64,000 nucleotides of DNA from Escherichia phage vB_Eco_F27. Positions within the stretch are counted from its first letter, which is position 1. Each line of letters opens with the position of its first letter. Shown here piece by piece: positions 26,391-41,738 of the stretch. The translations under genes were made by a program, and so were the position numbers. The stretch lies in sequence record OP870146.1; one strand, written 5' to 3'. The notes under the pieces were generated by a model. That model saw only the letters and a list, made by a program, of their open reading frames with translations. It was not told the origin of the DNA and searched no databases.

Positions 26391-28195
26391 TGAAACAAAA
26401 TATTAAAATTGGTAACGTCGTTGATGACGGACAAGGCGATTACCTTCGTCGAGGTGGTGAAAAAATAAATGAGAACTTTGACGAAATCTATTATGAATTA
26501 GGTGATGGTGAAGTTCCTTATGCCGCTGGTGCATGGAAGACTTATGATGCGGCTGATGGTCTTAATCTTAAGGCTGCTTGGGGTAAATCTTATGCAATTA
26601 ATACTACTTCTGGGCGAGTTTCGGTAAATCTTCCTAAAGGGACAATTGCAGACTATAATAAAGTTATTCGTGCTCGTGACGTATTTGCAACTTGGAACAT
26701 TAACCCTGTTACTTTAATTCCGGCAAACGGAGACACGATTAAAGGTTCTTCATCTCCGGTAGAAATTAACGTTCAGTTCTCTGATTTAGAATTAGTTTAT
26801 TGTGCTCCTGGACGTTGGGAATACATCAAGAACAAACAAATTGACAAAATAGTTAGCTCTGACATTAGTAACGTTGCTCGTAGAGAATATCTGGTTGAAA
26901 CCCAAGGTCAGACCGATTTCATGGATGTTTTTAACGGGACCTCTTATAACGTTAACAACATTCGCGTAAAACATCGTGGCAACGAATTGTACTATGGTGA
27001 TGTATTCAGTGATAACAGTGATTTTGGTTCTCCAGGCGCTAATCCTGGTGAACTGGTTGCACTTGATGGATTTAATATTAGATTACGCCAACCATGTAAT
27101 GTTGGAGACACTGTACAAATTGAGACATTCCTAGATGGTGTTTCTCAGTGGCGTAGTTCATATACTCGTCGCCAAGTTCGCATTTTAGATAGTAAATTGA
27201 CTGCTAAAAAGTCTATTGACGGAAGTATTTACGTCACCGATTTGAGTACTTTCCGGTCTATTCCATTTACAGCATTTGGTATTAATCCTACGGAACCACC
27301 TAACCCAAATTCATTAGAAGTTCGCTTCAATGGTATTCTCCAAGAATTAGCTGGTACTGTTGGAACTCCTATTTTCCGTTGTGAAGGTGTGGATGCTGAT
27401 TCTGAAGAGTCATGCGCTAATCTCGGTGGGACATGGACCCAATCATATACAGATTATGCGATTGAATATACTGATAATATCCCTAGCGCAATTCTGTTTG
27501 ACCGTCAATTTGAAGACCAAGACATTATTACCATCACATGGTTTAATAACGATTTAGGAACTCTTCTTGAAATGGAAGAAATCCTTGATGTCGCTGATGA
27601 GAAATATGTTTCTCAAGGGTCTAACATTGAAATTACTGGTGACGTTGCATTAACCGATTTCGATAAAATTGGATGGCCTAATGTAGAACCTGTTCCTAAG
27701 TATGAACGTGAATTCTCGACTATCTCAGCAATATTTGACACAATTTATCCTGTCGGGACTATTTACGAAAATGCGGTTAACCCTAATAATCCGGCCACTT
27801 ATTTAGGTTTTGGTTCGTGGAAAATTTGGGGACAAGGCAAAGTATTAGCAGGTTGGAATGACGACGCGGCGGATCCTAATTTTGCATTAAATAATAATGA
27901 CCTTGACGTCAATGGTAACCCTACTCATACCGCAGGTGGTACTGTTGGTGTAACAACTATCACATTAGAAAATGCTGATTTACCAGCTACACAAACCGAT
28001 GAAAAGGTTCTTATTTCTGATGATAATGGTACGGTAATTATAGGCGGTTGCCAATATGACCCGGATGCAGAAGGTCCTATTTACACTAAATATCGTGAAG
28101 ACCATGCAAAGACTAATGGATCTCATGTTCCAGCGCGTTCTATAACTAATATTCAGCCATCTATAACTGTATACCGTTGGGTAAGGATTGCATAA
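26390..28195 (+). CDS. 10: gp10 baseplate wedge subunit and tail pin, 601 aa
   Basis: Length and order. Confidence 0.88.
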   Translation: MKQNIKIGNVVDDGQGDYLRRGGEKINENFDEIYYELGDGEVPYAAGAWKTYDAADGLNLKAAWGKSYAINTTSGRVSVNLPKGTIADYNKVIRARDVFATWNINPVTLIPANGDTIKGSSSPVEINVQFSDLELVYCAPGRWEYIKNKQIDKIVSSDISNVARREYLVETQGQTDFMDVFNGTSYNVNNIRVKHRGNELYYGDVFSDNSDFGSPGANPGELVALDGFNIRLRQPCNVGDTVQIETFLDGVSQWRSSYTRRQVRILDSKLTAKKSIDGSIYVTDLSTFRSIPFTAFGINPTEPPNPNSLEVRFNGILQELAGTVGTPIFRCEGVDADSEESCANLGGTWTQSYTDYAIEYTDNIPSAILFDRQFEDQDIITITWFNNDLGTLLEMEEILDVADEKYVSQGSNIEITGDVALTDFDKIGWPNVEPVPKYEREFSTISAIFDTIYPVGTIYENAVNPNNPATYLGFGSWKIWGQGKVLAGWNDDAADPNFALNNNDLDVNGNPTHTAGGTVGVTTITLENADLPATQTDEKVLISDDNGTVIIGGCQYDPDAEGPIYTKYREDHAKTNGSHVPARSITNIQPSITVYRWVRIA

Positions 28196-28854
28196 TGACT
28201 GTACTTAATACAAAGGCTGGAGTTATTTCCCGTCATGCTGATTTTTTGAATTACAGAAAAAATCCAGCTCAAATTGATGTTTTAAACAACCAAGCTGTAG
28301 GTTCCGTGACTATTTCTCAGTTAGCTCGCGGTTTTTATGATGCTAACGTAGAATCTGCAATAAATGATGTCCATAATATGGCACGAGCTGATATTGGTAC
28401 TGTTGTCACAAACACTTCAGGCATATCGCCTGAAGGTACAGCACAAGTTGATTATTGGACTTTTTCTGGTGATGTTCTCGACGATACTTTGGCCCCTGGA
28501 ACGCCGGTCGTTATTAACGTATTTGGACTTGCTGTTAAAGCAACAATCGGTATGACTGATAACGAATTAACGGCACAAGTTCGTATAGCTTTACAAGAAG
28601 CCATTGCTAATCAAATCGCTATTTCTTCTTATAAAGACCATCCGTCTGAAGGTAATAAACTTCAGGTGACATATTTAGATAACCAACGTCATGTGTTGCC
28701 AACATATGCTTCGTTTGGTGTAACAATTTCGCAAGAAATTTTGTCTGAAGCAAAATCCGGATACGGAACATGGAATTTATTGGGTGCCCAAACGGTTACT
28801 CTTGATAACCATGATACTCCTACCGTTTTCTACCACTTTGTGAGAGCCTCATGA
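28195..28854 (+). CDS. 11: gp11 baseplate wedge subunit and tail pin, 219 aa
   Basis: ORF track trimmed from TTG to ATG 28195 (TAATG coupling to gene 10). Confidence 0.88.
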   Translation: MTVLNTKAGVISRHADFLNYRKNPAQIDVLNNQAVGSVTISQLARGFYDANVESAINDVHNMARADIGTVVTNTSGISPEGTAQVDYWTFSGDVLDDTLAPGTPVVINVFGLAVKATIGMTDNELTAQVRIALQEAIANQIAISSYKDHPSEGNKLQVTYLDNQRHVLPTYASFGVTISQEILSEAKSGYGTWNLLGAQTVTLDNHDTPTVFYHFVRAS

Positions 28855-30434
28855 GTAATAACAATACATACCAACACGTTTCAAACGAATCCATTTACGT
28901 TGAATTCGACCCTACGGGGTCGAATTTTCCAGATACAGTCACTAATGTCCAAGCCGCATTAGCTGCTATTTCTCCTTCAGGTGTTAATGGCGTACCAGAA
29001 GCAACAACTACCACACCTGGAATTATTCAAATAGCTACTCCACAAGAAGTTATTGATGGATTAGATAATAGTAAAGCTGTTACTCCGGCAACACTGAATG
29101 CTCGTCTACAATATCCTAATGCAACCGAAACTCAATATGGCTTAACTCGTTATGCTACTGAAGATGAAGCAGTAACAGGAACTATTGACGATGCATCAAT
29201 TACTCCGCTTAAATTGAATCAAAAAATAGACGATGTATTTCAGACAAAAGTGTCAACAGAAGCAACAAATGGTGTAATTAAAATTTCAACTTCTGCTGCG
29301 GCATTAGCTGGTTCTGATGATACAACGGCAATGACCCCGTTAAAAACACAACAATTAGCAATTAAACTTATTTCACAAATTGCTCCAAATAATAGTGACG
29401 CCACCGAATCTATTACCGGTGTTGTTCGTTTAGCTACAGTTGCACAAGCACAACAAGGCACCCTGCGTGAAGGCTATGCAATTTCACCTTATACCTTTAT
29501 GAATTCAGTAGCATCAGAAACTAATAAAGGTGTCGTTAAACTAGGGACCCAGACTGAAGTAAATAGTAACAACTCTTCAGTTGTAGTGACCGGCGCAACA
29601 TTAAACGGGCGTGGGGCTACAACTTCTTTACGTGGAGTTGTTCGTTTAACTACACAAGCGGGTAACCAATCAGGTGGTGATGGTTCTTCTGCCCTTGCTT
29701 GGAATGCTGATGTTATCCACCAACGAGGCGGACAAACTATTAATGGCACGCTTCGCGTTAATAATACGTTGACGGTTGGTTCTGGCGGTGCTAATATAAC
29801 GGGTAATGTCAATATGACTGGTGGTTATATTCAAGGCAATCGTATTGTGACTCAAAACGAATTAGACCGAATTCTTCCAGTTGGCGCTATTACAATGTGG
29901 GCTGCAGATAGTTTACCAAGTTCTGATTGGCGCTTCTGCCACGGTGGGACCGTTTCTGCTTCAGAATGTCCGGTATATGCTTCCAGAATTGGGACACGAT
30001 ATGGTGGTAGTTCTTCTAACCCAGGCTTGCCTGATATGCGTGGATTATTTGTTCGCGGCTCAGGTCGTGGTAACCATTTAACTAACCCTAATGTTAATGG
30101 TAATGACCAATTCGGTAAGCCTCGACTGGCAGTAGGTTGTACTGGTGGATATGTCGGTGAAGTGCAAAAACAACAGATGTCGTATCATAAGCATGCTGGT
30201 GGTTTTGGCGAACATGACGATTCCGGTGCATTTGGTAATACTCGTCGTTCAAACTTTGTTGGTACTCGTAAAGGACTTGACTGGGATAACCGTTCATATT
30301 TTACTAACGAAGGATATGAAATTGATCCAGCGTCTCAGCGTAACTCTAAATATACCATGAATCGTCCAGAATTAATTGGAAATGAAACTCGTCCATGGAA
30401 TATTTCTTTAAACTATATCATTAAGGTAAAATAA
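28851..30434 (+). CDS. 12: gp12 short tail fiber, 527 aa
   Basis: Same length as T4 gp12. Confidence 0.9.
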   Translation: MSNNNTYQHVSNESIYVEFDPTGSNFPDTVTNVQAALAAISPSGVNGVPEATTTTPGIIQIATPQEVIDGLDNSKAVTPATLNARLQYPNATETQYGLTRYATEDEAVTGTIDDASITPLKLNQKIDDVFQTKVSTEATNGVIKISTSAAALAGSDDTTAMTPLKTQQLAIKLISQIAPNNSDATESITGVVRLATVAQAQQGTLREGYAISPYTFMNSVASETNKGVVKLGTQTEVNSNNSSVVVTGATLNGRGATTSLRGVVRLTTQAGNQSGGDGSSALAWNADVIHQRGGQTINGTLRVNNTLTVGSGGANITGNVNMTGGYIQGNRIVTQNELDRILPVGAITMWAADSLPSSDWRFCHGGTVSASECPVYASRIGTRYGGSSSNPGLPDMRGLFVRGSGRGNHLTNPNVNGNDQFGKPRLAVGCTGGYVGEVQKQQMSYHKHAGGFGEHDDSGAFGNTRRSNFVGTRKGLDWDNRSYFTNEGYEIDPASQRNSKYTMNRPELIGNETRPWNISLNYIIKVK

Positions 30435-31882
30435 TGGCTGATATAACTCTGGTAGATTTACCATATGTTGACGGCCCGCCAGACGCGGGTCAGAGTCGTA
30501 TTGAATGGATTAAAAACGATGAAGAAATAACAGGTGCTGACACAAAATACGGTTCTGAAGGTGTAATGAACCGTCCTATTGTTGAAGTTCAACGTAACGT
30601 AGAAGCGTTAGATGTTAATATTAAAACTATAGCATCTTCTTTGAATACGGCCAATGAAGATATCAAAGTTATTCAAGGTATTTTAGATGTTTCTGGGGAT
30701 GTTGATGCTCTTGCACAGATAGGCCAGAACACCCAAGATATCGATGTCATTAAAGTCACAGTTCAAACCCATGCCAGTGAATTGAATGATTTGAATGAAC
30801 ATATTGATGCGAATACTGATGATATTGGTGTTTATAATCAGGAAACAGATTCAGTTTATAGAACGGTTCGTAACGACCTGCTTTGGATTAAAAATGAATT
30901 AGGACAATATACTGGTCAAGATATTAATGGGGTTCCTACTCCAGGAAATGATAGCACTGGTATGAAACGCCGTATTATGTCTAATAGCTCCGTAATTGTT
31001 GACCATGGTGTTCGATTAACTGATTTAGAAACTAAATTTGCTGATTCTGATGTTGGCTCTTTAACTACTGAAGTCGAACACTTGCGTGAAGAAATGGGAC
31101 CTCGCACTTCTTTCACTACTCCAGTGTTTAGTCGTCTTTCTAGTATTGATTTAACTTTGTCGCGTCAAAATGCTGACTTGGATGGCATTAAACAGTCTAT
31201 TGGGTATCCTAATATGACTTCTATTATTACTACCACTAATGCAAATAGTTCAGCAATAAATGACATTAATCTTGAGCTCAATCAATCCGGTGGTATTAAA
31301 CCTCGTTTGACTACAGTAGAAACTGCCATTGGCGCCGATGATTTGCCTACTACAATCCAAGGACGTATTAAACTAAATACTGATGCTATCGGAGCATTGA
31401 ACACTGTTGTCGGCTCTGATTCTTCTTCAGGATTGCGTTTTAATGTGTCATGGTTAAATAACGTAGTTGGTGTTGACGCTTCAGGTGGGAAACCGGAACC
31501 AGACGGCTCTTTGCTTTATCGTACTCGAGAGCTTGAAGGAACTATCAGTGGGATGAGTAATGACATCCAGAACATTCAAACTGATGTTGGGACTAATTCC
31601 ACAGGAATTAAGGGTTCTGTAAACACATTAAATACTCTTATAAACGGCACCCACCCAAATGGTTCGACTGTTGAAGAACGCGGTATATTGCCTACAGTTA
31701 AAAGTCATGATACGACAATTAATGGTTTAACTTCTAGAATTGCTACTCTTGAAACTGATTTGGCCGCTGCAGAAGCTGAAATCCAAACTCTTAAGGACGC
31801 TGGATATATTGAAGATGCTCCTTCAGACGGTAAATTCTATGTTCGCAAAGATGGTGCATGGGTTGAACTTCCTACAGCTTAA
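30434..31882 (+). CDS. wac: fibritin (whisker, wac), 482 aa
   Basis: Coiled-coil-rich; position after gene 12. Confidence 0.88.
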   Translation: MADITLVDLPYVDGPPDAGQSRIEWIKNDEEITGADTKYGSEGVMNRPIVEVQRNVEALDVNIKTIASSLNTANEDIKVIQGILDVSGDVDALAQIGQNTQDIDVIKVTVQTHASELNDLNEHIDANTDDIGVYNQETDSVYRTVRNDLLWIKNELGQYTGQDINGVPTPGNDSTGMKRRIMSNSSVIVDHGVRLTDLETKFADSDVGSLTTEVEHLREEMGPRTSFTTPVFSRLSSIDLTLSRQNADLDGIKQSIGYPNMTSIITTTNANSSAINDINLELNQSGGIKPRLTTVETAIGADDLPTTIQGRIKLNTDAIGALNTVVGSDSSSGLRFNVSWLNNVVGVDASGGKPEPDGSLLYRTRELEGTISGMSNDIQNIQTDVGTNSTGIKGSVNTLNTLINGTHPNGSTVEERGILPTVKSHDTTINGLTSRIATLETDLAAAEAEIQTLKDAGYIEDAPSDGKFYVRKDGAWVELPTA

Positions 31883-31914
31883 TGAAAAGGGCCTTCGGGC
31901 CCTAAAGGATTTAT

Positions 31915-32841
31915 ATGTCAGGTTATAACGCACAAAACCCTAAAGAATTAAAGGATGTAATATTACGTCGTTTAGGCGCTCCTATTGTAAATGTTGAATT
32001 AACTACAGATCAAATTTATGATTGTATTTCACGAGCGTTAGAACTTTATGGTGAATACCATTTTGACGGGTTGAATAAAGGTTTCCATGTATTTTTTGTT
32101 GATGACGAAGAAAAATACCGTCACGGCGTATTTGATATGCGTGGTTCTAACGTATTTGCTGTAACAAGAATTATAAGAACAAACGTTGGCTCTATTACTT
32201 CAATGGATGGTAATGCAACTTATCCATGGTTCACTGATTTCCTTTTAGGAATGGCTGGTGTTTCAGGTGGTATGGGTAGTAATTGTGGTAAATTCTACGG
32301 CCCGAACGCTTTTGGCGCTGACCTTGGGTATTATTCTCAATTAGTATCTTATATGGGTATGCTTCAAGATATGATTGCTCCTCTTCCAGATTTTTGGTTT
32401 AACTCTGCAAACGAGCAATTAAAAGTAATGGGTAACTTTAGACAGAAAGATGTCATTATCGTTGAATCGTATGTTCGCTCTTATATCGAGACCCATAAGA
32501 TGGTAGGAAATACAGTAGGGTACGGTCAGGTAGGTCCTCGTGATTCATGGTCTATTTCTGAACGTTATGATAATCCAGACCATAATTTGGTCGGACGCCG
32601 AGTTGGTGAAGATCCTGCAACCAAACAAGGCGCATATAACAACCGCTGGGTTAAAGATTATGCAACTGCATTAGCTAAAGAGCTTAATGGACAAATTCTT
32701 GCTAAACATCAAGGTATGATGTTACCCGGTGGCGTTACTGTTGATGGTGTTCGATTAATTGAAGAAGCTCGTTTAGAGAAAGAAGCTTTACGAGAAGAGT
32801 TATATTTACTGGACCCTCCTGCAGGTATTTTGGTAGGTTAA
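31915..32841 (+). CDS. 13: gp13 neck protein, 308 aa
   Basis: Length and order. Confidence 0.88.
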   Translation: MSGYNAQNPKELKDVILRRLGAPIVNVELTTDQIYDCISRALELYGEYHFDGLNKGFHVFFVDDEEKYRHGVFDMRGSNVFAVTRIIRTNVGSITSMDGNATYPWFTDFLLGMAGVSGGMGSNCGKFYGPNAFGADLGYYSQLVSYMGMLQDMIAPLPDFWFNSANEQLKVMGNFRQKDVIIVESYVRSYIETHKMVGNTVGYGQVGPRDSWSISERYDNPDHNLVGRRVGEDPATKQGAYNNRWVKDYATALAKELNGQILAKHQGMMLPGGVTVDGVRLIEEARLEKEALREELYLLDPPAGILVG

Positions 32842-32842
32842 T

Positions 32843-33607
32843 ATGGCAACTTATGATAAAAATCTTTTCGCCAAGCTAGAAAATCGTGGTGGGTATTCTA
32901 AAACCAATGAAACCGAGATTTTAAACAAATACGTGAACTTCAACAAATACGAAAATAGTCAAACCCTAGCTGATGTTCTAGTGGCAGAAAGCATACAAAT
33001 GCGCGGTATTGAATGTTTTTATGTTCCACGTGAATATGTTGCCGTGGACCTTATCTTTGGTGAGGACCTTAAAAATAAATTTACTAAAGCATGGAAATTT
33101 GCTGCATATCTGAACTCTTTTGAAGGTTATGAAGGAGCGAAATCGTTCTTCAGCAACTTCGGAATGCAAGTTCAAGACGAAGTTACATTATCTATTAACC
33201 CAGGTCTTTTCAAACACCAGGTCAACAATCAGGAGCCCAAGGAAGGTGATTTAATATACTTCCCAATGGACAACAGTTTGTTTGAGATTAACTGGGTTGA
33301 ACCATATGACCCATTCTATCAAGTAGGTAAAAATGCGATTCGTAAAATTACTGCAGGCAAGTTTATTTACTCTGGCGAAGAAATCAATCCGGTGCTTCAG
33401 AAAAATGAAGGTATCAATATACCTGAATTTAGTGACTTGGAACTTAACCCTGTTAGAAATCTTGACGGTATCCATGACATTAATATCGATGAATATTCTG
33501 AAGTTGAGCAAATCAATTCAGAGGCAAGTGAATACGTTGAACCGTATGTAGTAGTTAACAACCGTGGTAGACAAAATTCACCATTTGACGATGGGTTTAT
33601 GAATTAA
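32843..33607 (+). CDS. 14: gp14 neck protein, 254 aa
   Basis: Length and order. Confidence 0.88.
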   Translation: MATYDKNLFAKLENRGGYSKTNETEILNKYVNFNKYENSQTLADVLVAESIQMRGIECFYVPREYVAVDLIFGEDLKNKFTKAWKFAAYLNSFEGYEGAKSFFSNFGMQVQDEVTLSINPGLFKHQVNNQEPKEGDLIYFPMDNSLFEINWVEPYDPFYQVGKNAIRKITAGKFIYSGEEINPVLQKNEGINIPEFSDLELNPVRNLDGIHDINIDEYSEVEQINSEASEYVEPYVVVNNRGRQNSPFDDGFMN

Positions 33608-33656
33608 TAAATAGATAAGATAAAGCAAACACCGGTCGAAAGGCCGGTTAGGAGAA

Positions 33657-34481
33657 ATGATGTTTGGTTATTTTTACAACTCGTCGTTCAGGCGATATAT
33701 CACAATGATGGGCGATTTGTTTTCAAATATCCAAGTTAACCGTCAATTGTCTACAGGCAATAAATTAATTAGAGTTCCTATTACGTATGCATCTAAAGAG
33801 CACTTTATGATGAAACTTAATAAATGGACCTCTATAAACTCACAAGAAGATGTGGCTAAAGTCGAAACTATTCTACCACGTATAAATCTCCAAATGGTAG
33901 ATTTCGTTTATAACCCAACGTTTAAAACGAATATATTGAATAACTCTCTTTTGAGTAAATCGACTAAGGATATTGTAGACCAATACAACCCATCACCAAT
34001 TAAAATGATTTTTGAACTGAGCATCTTTACTCGTTATGAAGATGATATGTTCCAAATCGTTGAGCAAATTATTCCATATTTTCAGCCGCATTTTAATACG
34101 ACTATGATTGAGCAATATGGGCAGGATATTCCATTTGAAAGGGATATTAAAGTCGTATGGATGGCAGCAGCAATGGATGAACAAATAGACGGTGATAATT
34201 TATCTCGTCGACGTTTAGAGTGGTCATTAACATTTGAAGTAAATGGATGGATGTATCCTCCGGTAGGCGCAGCTGAAGGCCTTATTAAAACGACTTATCT
34301 TGATTTTCATGCTAACGAACGAGACCTTCAAACAGCCGCCAGTGTTTTTGAATCAGTTGATACAGAAATTAAACCGAGAGACGTTGAAGCACAAGATTGG
34401 AATGGCGAAGTTGAACAAACTTATACTCATGATATTCCAATCCCGACTCCACCAACCCCTCCTGGTCCTAGAAAACAATAA
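33657..34481 (+). CDS. 15: gp15 tail sheath stabilizer and completion protein, 274 aa
   Basis: Length and order. Confidence 0.88.
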   Translation: MMFGYFYNSSFRRYITMMGDLFSNIQVNRQLSTGNKLIRVPITYASKEHFMMKLNKWTSINSQEDVAKVETILPRINLQMVDFVYNPTFKTNILNNSLLSKSTKDIVDQYNPSPIKMIFELSIFTRYEDDMFQIVEQIIPYFQPHFNTTMIEQYGQDIPFERDIKVVWMAAAMDEQIDGDNLSRRRLEWSLTFEVNGWMYPPVGAAEGLIKTTYLDFHANERDLQTAASVFESVDTEIKPRDVEAQDWNGEVEQTYTHDIPIPTPPTPPGPRKQ

Positions 34482-34490
34482 GAGGTAAAT

Positions 34491-36807
<2,317 letters not shown>

Positions 36808-36834
36808 AAATAAAGCAAATTAAGAGGAATTAAA

Positions 36835-38817
36835 ATGGCACTTCTCTCTCCGGGCGTTGAGCTCAAAGAAACTACCGTACAGAGTACTGTAGTTAATAAC
36901 TCCACTGGTACTGCTGCCCTGGCTGGAAAATTCCAATGGGGACCTGCATTCCAGATTAAACAAATCACTGATGAAGTTGCATTGGTTGATATGTTTGGTA
37001 CTCCTAATACAGATACAGCAGATTATTTCATGTCTGCTATGAACTTCCTTCAATATGGTAATGACCTTCGTGTTGTACGCGCAGTTGATCGTGATACTGC
37101 TAAGAACTCATCTCCTGTAGCAGGCAATATTGAATTCACAATCTCTGCTGCTGGTAGTAACTATGCAGTTGGTGATAAAATTATCGTTAAGTATTTGACC
37201 GAAACTGTTGAAGCAGATGGTTATGTCACTTCAGTTGATGTCGATGGTAAAATTCTTAACATTTATATCCCAACCGGTAAAATTATTGCTCGTGCAAAAG
37301 AAATTAATGAATATCCGGCATTGGGTTCTAACTGGACCGCCGAAGTTGCCAGTTCTTCTTCTGGACTCTCTGGCGTTATTACAATTGGTTCTATCGTAAC
37401 CGATTCAGGTATTCTGTTAACTGAAGTTGAAACTTCTGAAGAAGCTATTACTTCTCTAACTTTCCAAGAATCTATTAAAAAATATGGTGTCCCGGGCGTA
37501 GTTGCTCTTTATCCTGGTGAACTTGGCGACCAGCTCGAAATTGAAATCGTATCTAAAGCAGACTATGACAAAGGTGCTTCAGCCCAGTTAAAAATTTATC
37601 CTGATGGTGGTACTCGTGCATCTACGGCTAAAGCAATCTTTGGGTATGGCCCACAAACTGATGACCAATATGCAATTATCGTTCGTCGTAACGATGCTGT
37701 AGTTCAGAGCGTAATTCTTTCTACTAAACGCGGTGAACGCGATATTTATGGTAGTAATATCTTTATTGATGATTTCTTTGCTAAAGGCGCAAGCAATTAT
37801 ATTTTCGCTACTGCACAAGGTTGGCCAAAAGGTTTCTCTGGCGTAATCAAACTGGGTGGTGGCTTATCATCTAATGAAACGGTTGACGCTGGTGATTTAA
37901 TGGAAGCTTGGGATTTGTTTGCTGACCGCGAATCTGTTAATGCGCAGTTGTTTATTGCCGGTTCTTGTGCAGGTGAATCTTTAGAAGTTGCTTCTACAGT
38001 TCAGAAACATGTTGTAGCAATTGGTGATTCTCGCCAAGATTGCTTGGTTCTTTGCTCACCACCACGTGCAACTATAGTCGGTATTCCTGTTAATCGTGCA
38101 GTTGATAATCTGGTTGATTGGCGTACTGCGTCAGGAACTTACACTGATAATAACTTTAATGTAAGTTCTACTTACGCGGCTATTGATGGTAACTATAAAT
38201 ATCAATATGACAAATATAATGATGTGAATCGTTGGGTTCCATTAGCTGCTGATATTGCTGGTCTTTGTGCTCGCACAGACAATATTTCTCAGCCTTGGAT
38301 GTCTCCTGCCGGTTATAACCGTGGACAAATTCTTAACGTTATTAAGCTTGCAATTGAAACTCGCCAAGCGCAGCGTGATCGTTTGTACCAGGAAGCTATT
38401 AACCCTGTTACTGGTACAGGTGGTGATGGGTATGTTCTGTACGGTGATAAAACTGCCACTTCTGTTCCTTCACCATTTGACCGTATTAACGTTCGTCGTT
38501 TGTTCAATATGGTTAAAACGAACATTGGTTCAGCATCTAAATATCGTCTGTTTGAATTGAACAACGCATTTACCCGTTCTTCTTTCCGTACAGAGACTTC
38601 TCAATATCTACAGGGTATTAAAGCTCTCGGTGGTGTATATAACTTTAAAGTTGTTTGTGATACTACCAATAACACCCCAGCAGTTATCGACCGTAATGAA
38701 TTTGTAGCTACTTTCTACTTACAACCTGCCCGCTCGATAAATTATATTACGTTGAACTTTGTAGCAACAGCAACTGGTGCCGATTTCGACGAACTGATTG
38801 GTGCTGTAGGTAGTTAA
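36835..38817 (+). CDS. 18: gp18 tail sheath protein, 660 aa
   Basis: Length and order. Confidence 0.92.
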   Translation: MALLSPGVELKETTVQSTVVNNSTGTAALAGKFQWGPAFQIKQITDEVALVDMFGTPNTDTADYFMSAMNFLQYGNDLRVVRAVDRDTAKNSSPVAGNIEFTISAAGSNYAVGDKIIVKYLTETVEADGYVTSVDVDGKILNIYIPTGKIIARAKEINEYPALGSNWTAEVASSSSGLSGVITIGSIVTDSGILLTEVETSEEAITSLTFQESIKKYGVPGVVALYPGELGDQLEIEIVSKADYDKGASAQLKIYPDGGTRASTAKAIFGYGPQTDDQYAIIVRRNDAVVQSVILSTKRGERDIYGSNIFIDDFFAKGASNYIFATAQGWPKGFSGVIKLGGGLSSNETVDAGDLMEAWDLFADRESVNAQLFIAGSCAGESLEVASTVQKHVVAIGDSRQDCLVLCSPPRATIVGIPVNRAVDNLVDWRTASGTYTDNNFNVSSTYAAIDGNYKYQYDKYNDVNRWVPLAADIAGLCARTDNISQPWMSPAGYNRGQILNVIKLAIETRQAQRDRLYQEAINPVTGTGGDGYVLYGDKTATSVPSPFDRINVRRLFNMVKTNIGSASKYRLFELNNAFTRSSFRTETSQYLQGIKALGGVYNFKVVCDTTNNTPAVIDRNEFVATFYLQPARSINYITLNFVATATGADFDELIGAVGS

Positions 38818-38849
38818 TAAGACGCCTGATGGGCTATTTCGGTAGCCCA

Positions 38850-38857
38850 TATAAATA
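38850..38857 (+). promoter_or_regulatory. late promoter TATAAATA for gene 19, preceded by hairpin 38829-38850
   Basis: Exact consensus; 8-bp stem ATGGGCTA/TAGCCCAT just upstream. Confidence 0.55.
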
Positions 38858-38929
38858 TACTATATCGTTTAAAAATTAATTCTATGGGCATCCGGTTAAT
38901 CCTAAGCCCATATTACTACAGAGGCTAAT

Positions 38930-39421
38930 ATGTTTGTAGATGACGTAACTCGCGCCTTCGAATCTGGTGATTTCGCTCGCCCTAACCTGTTCGAAGTAGA
39001 AATCTCTTATCTTGGGCAAAACTTTAGCTTCCAGTGTCGTGCTACGGCTCTTCCTGCTGCGATCGTTGAAAAGGTTCCTGTTTCTTATATGAACCGTAAA
39101 ATTAACGTGGCCGGTGATCGTACATTCGATGATTGGACTATTACAGTAATGAACGATGATGCTCATAGCATTCGTCAGAAATTTGTTGATTGGCAAGGTA
39201 TTGCAGCAGGACAAGGTAATGAAATTACCGGTGGTAAACCTGCTGAATATAAAAAGTCTGCTATCGTTCGTCAATTTGCTCGTGATGCTAAAACGGTCAC
39301 TAAAGAAGTTGAAATTGTCGGCTTGTGGCCTACTAACGTTGGCGAAGTATCTCTTGATTGGGATTCGAATAACGAGATTGAAACGTTCGAAGTAACTCTT
39401 GCTCTTGATTGGTGGGAATAA
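38930..39421 (+). CDS. 19: gp19 tail tube protein, 163 aa
   Basis: Same length as T4 gp19. Confidence 0.92.
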   Translation: MFVDDVTRAFESGDFARPNLFEVEISYLGQNFSFQCRATALPAAIVEKVPVSYMNRKINVAGDRTFDDWTITVMNDDAHSIRQKFVDWQGIAAGQGNEITGGKPAEYKKSAIVRQFARDAKTVTKEVEIVGLWPTNVGEVSLDWDSNNEIETFEVTLALDWWE

Positions 39422-39469
39422 TCTGGTTGGGGAGAAATCCCCAGCTTCCCGTGATGACGGAGAAGTCCA

Positions 39470-39477
39470 TATAAATA
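39470..39477 (+). promoter_or_regulatory. late promoter TATAAATA for gene 20
   Basis: Exact consensus 29 nt upstream of ATG. Confidence 0.6.
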
Positions 39478-39505
39478 TAACTATAATTCCCATTCGGAGA
39501 ATACA

Positions 39506-41077
39506 ATGAAATTTAATATCTTAAGTTTGTTTGCTCCATGGGCAAAAATGGACGAACGTGATTACAAAGACCAAGAAAAAGAAAATTTAGAATCTATCAC
39601 CGCACCAAAATTAGATGACGGCGCTAAAGAATACGAAGTATCTGAAAATGAAGCACAGCAAACATATAATGCTATGTTTCAGAGAATGTTCGGTAGTCAA
39701 GAACCAGGGCTCAAATCAACCCGTGAATTAATCGATACGTATCGAAATTTGATGACGAACTATGAAGTGGATAATGCAGTCTCCGAAATAGTTTCCGATG
39801 CTATCGTATATGAAGATGATACAGAAGTCGTTTCTATAAATTTAGACAACACAAAATTTAGTCCAAATATCAAATCAATGATGTTGGATGAATTTAACGA
39901 AGTGTTAAATCATTTATCTTTCCAACGTAAAGGTTCAGATCATTTTAGACGTTGGTATGTGGATTCTCGAATTTTCTTCCATAAAATTATTGACCCTAAA
40001 CGCCCCAAAGAAGGTATTAAAGAGCTTCGTCGTTTAGACCCACGTCAAGTTCAATATGTCCGTGAAGTTATTACAACCACTGAAGCCGGTGTTAAAATAG
40101 TCAAGGGTTATAAAGAATATTTCATTTATGACACATCACACGAATCTTATGCTTGTGATGGTCGCATATATGAAGCTGGCACAAAAATAAAAATCCCTAA
40201 AGCCGCGATTGTTTATGCCCATTCTGGTTTAGTTGATTGTTGTGGTAAAAATATCATCGGTTATTTGCATCGGGCTATTAAGCCAGCGAACCAATTAAAA
40301 CTTCTTGAAGATGCTGTCGTAATTTATCGTATTACTCGTGCTCCCGATCGTCGTGTATGGTACGTTGATACAGGTAATATGCCTTCAAGAAAAGCAGCCG
40401 AACATATGCAACATGTTATGAATACGATGAAAAACCGTATTGCATATGATGCTACTACAGGCAAGATTAAAAACCAGCAGCATATTATGTCGATGACCGA
40501 AGATTATTGGTTACAACGACGTGATGGTAAAGCAGTAACAGAAGTTGACACATTACCAGGTGCAGATAATACTGGAAATATGGAAGATGTACGTTGGTTC
40601 CGTAATGCGCTTTATATGGCTTTACGTATTCCTATTACCCGTATTCCAAGTGACCAAGGTGGTATACAGTTTGATGCTGGTACTTCTATTACACGAGATG
40701 AATTGACATTTGGTAAATTTATTCGTGAGCTGCAACATAAATTTGAAGAGATATTCCTAGACCCGCTTAAAACTAATTTAATTCTTAAAGGAATTATTAC
40801 AGAAGATGAGTGGAATGATGAAATAAATAATATTAAGATAAAATTTCATCGGGATAGTTATTTCTCGGAATTAAAGGATGCTGAGATTCTGGAGCGTCGC
40901 ATTAATATGCTTCAGATGGCCGAACCATTTATTGGTAAATATATTTCTCACAGAACAGCTATGAAAGATATTCTTCAGATGTCTGACGAGGAAATTGAAC
41001 AAGAGGCTAAGCAAATTGAAGAAGAGTCGAAAGAGGCTCGTTTCCAAGACCCCGACCAAGAACAAGAGGATTTTTAA
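39506..41077 (+). CDS. 20: gp20 portal vertex protein, 523 aa
   Basis: Length and order. Confidence 0.92.
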   Translation: MKFNILSLFAPWAKMDERDYKDQEKENLESITAPKLDDGAKEYEVSENEAQQTYNAMFQRMFGSQEPGLKSTRELIDTYRNLMTNYEVDNAVSEIVSDAIVYEDDTEVVSINLDNTKFSPNIKSMMLDEFNEVLNHLSFQRKGSDHFRRWYVDSRIFFHKIIDPKRPKEGIKELRRLDPRQVQYVREVITTTEAGVKIVKGYKEYFIYDTSHESYACDGRIYEAGTKIKIPKAAIVYAHSGLVDCCGKNIIGYLHRAIKPANQLKLLEDAVVIYRITRAPDRRVWYVDTGNMPSRKAAEHMQHVMNTMKNRIAYDATTGKIKNQQHIMSMTEDYWLQRRDGKAVTEVDTLPGADNTGNMEDVRWFRNALYMALRIPITRIPSDQGGIQFDAGTSITRDELTFGKFIRELQHKFEEIFLDPLKTNLILKGIITEDEWNDEINNIKIKFHRDSYFSELKDAEILERRINMLQMAEPFIGKYISHRTAMKDILQMSDEEIEQEAKQIEEESKEARFQDPDQEQEDF

Positions 41078-41313
41078 TGGACGATTTAATTCAAGCTATT
41101 AAATCAAACGACCTCGTTGCTACTCGAAAGTTTTTTGAAAGTGCAATGGCAGAAAAAACGGTTCGTTTGATTGAAGCACGCAAAGCAGAAATCGCTTCTC
41201 AATTTTTGATTGAAGGCGAAGAACCTGAAGAAGAAAAGAAAGCTAAAGCTTCGGAAGACGACGCTGATGAAGGCGATGACGACGAAGACGAAGATGATGA
41301 GGACGATGAATAA
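41077..41313 (+). CDS. 67: gp67 prohead core protein, 78 aa, acidic C-terminus
   Basis: Poly-Asp/Glu tail; position after 20. Confidence 0.8.
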   Translation: MDDLIQAIKSNDLVATRKFFESAMAEKTVRLIEARKAEIASQFLIEGEEPEEEKKAKASEDDADEGDDDEDEDDEDDE

Positions 41314-41738
41314 TGTATCTTATCCCTGAATCTTATGAATTGGTACTCGAAAATGTCGAAGCACTTATTCCTGAAGCACAGGGCCGAATCGATGCATTGT
41401 CTTCTGCTCTCGATATTGACGATATAAATACTATTATCGAGAACATGCTTGAAACTGAAACGGATTTAGCTGTTGCAATGGCTTCCATTATTAATGAAGA
41501 ACAGTTAAATGAGTTTATCGTTAAACATGTTTCTTCTCGTGGTGAAGTCACCCGCACTAAAGACCGTAAAACTCGTGAACGTAACGCGTTCCAAACCACT
41601 GGTCTTTCTAAAGCAAAACGTAGACAAATCGCTCGTAAGGTCGTTAAAGCTAAAAAAGCTAACCCTTCAGGCCAAGTTAAAGGCTTGCGTAAGCGTAAAA
41701 AGGCTCTTAAACGTCGTAAAGCATTAGGATTAAGCTAA
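41313..41738 (+). CDS. 68: gp68 prohead core protein, 141 aa
   Basis: Position; basic C-terminus. Confidence 0.8.
   Translation: MYLIPESYELVLENVEALIPEAQGRIDALSSALDIDDINTIIENMLETETDLAVAMASIINEEQLNEFIVKHVSSRGEVTRTKDRKTRERNAFQTTGLSKAKRRQIARKVVKAKKANPSGQVKGLRKRKKALKRRKALGLS

Noticed and set aside
41250-41313. Repetitive gacgaagacgaagatgatgaggacgatgaa tract
   Set aside because: Encodes the acidic Asp/Glu tail of prohead core protein gp67; low-complexity coding sequence, not a repeat element.
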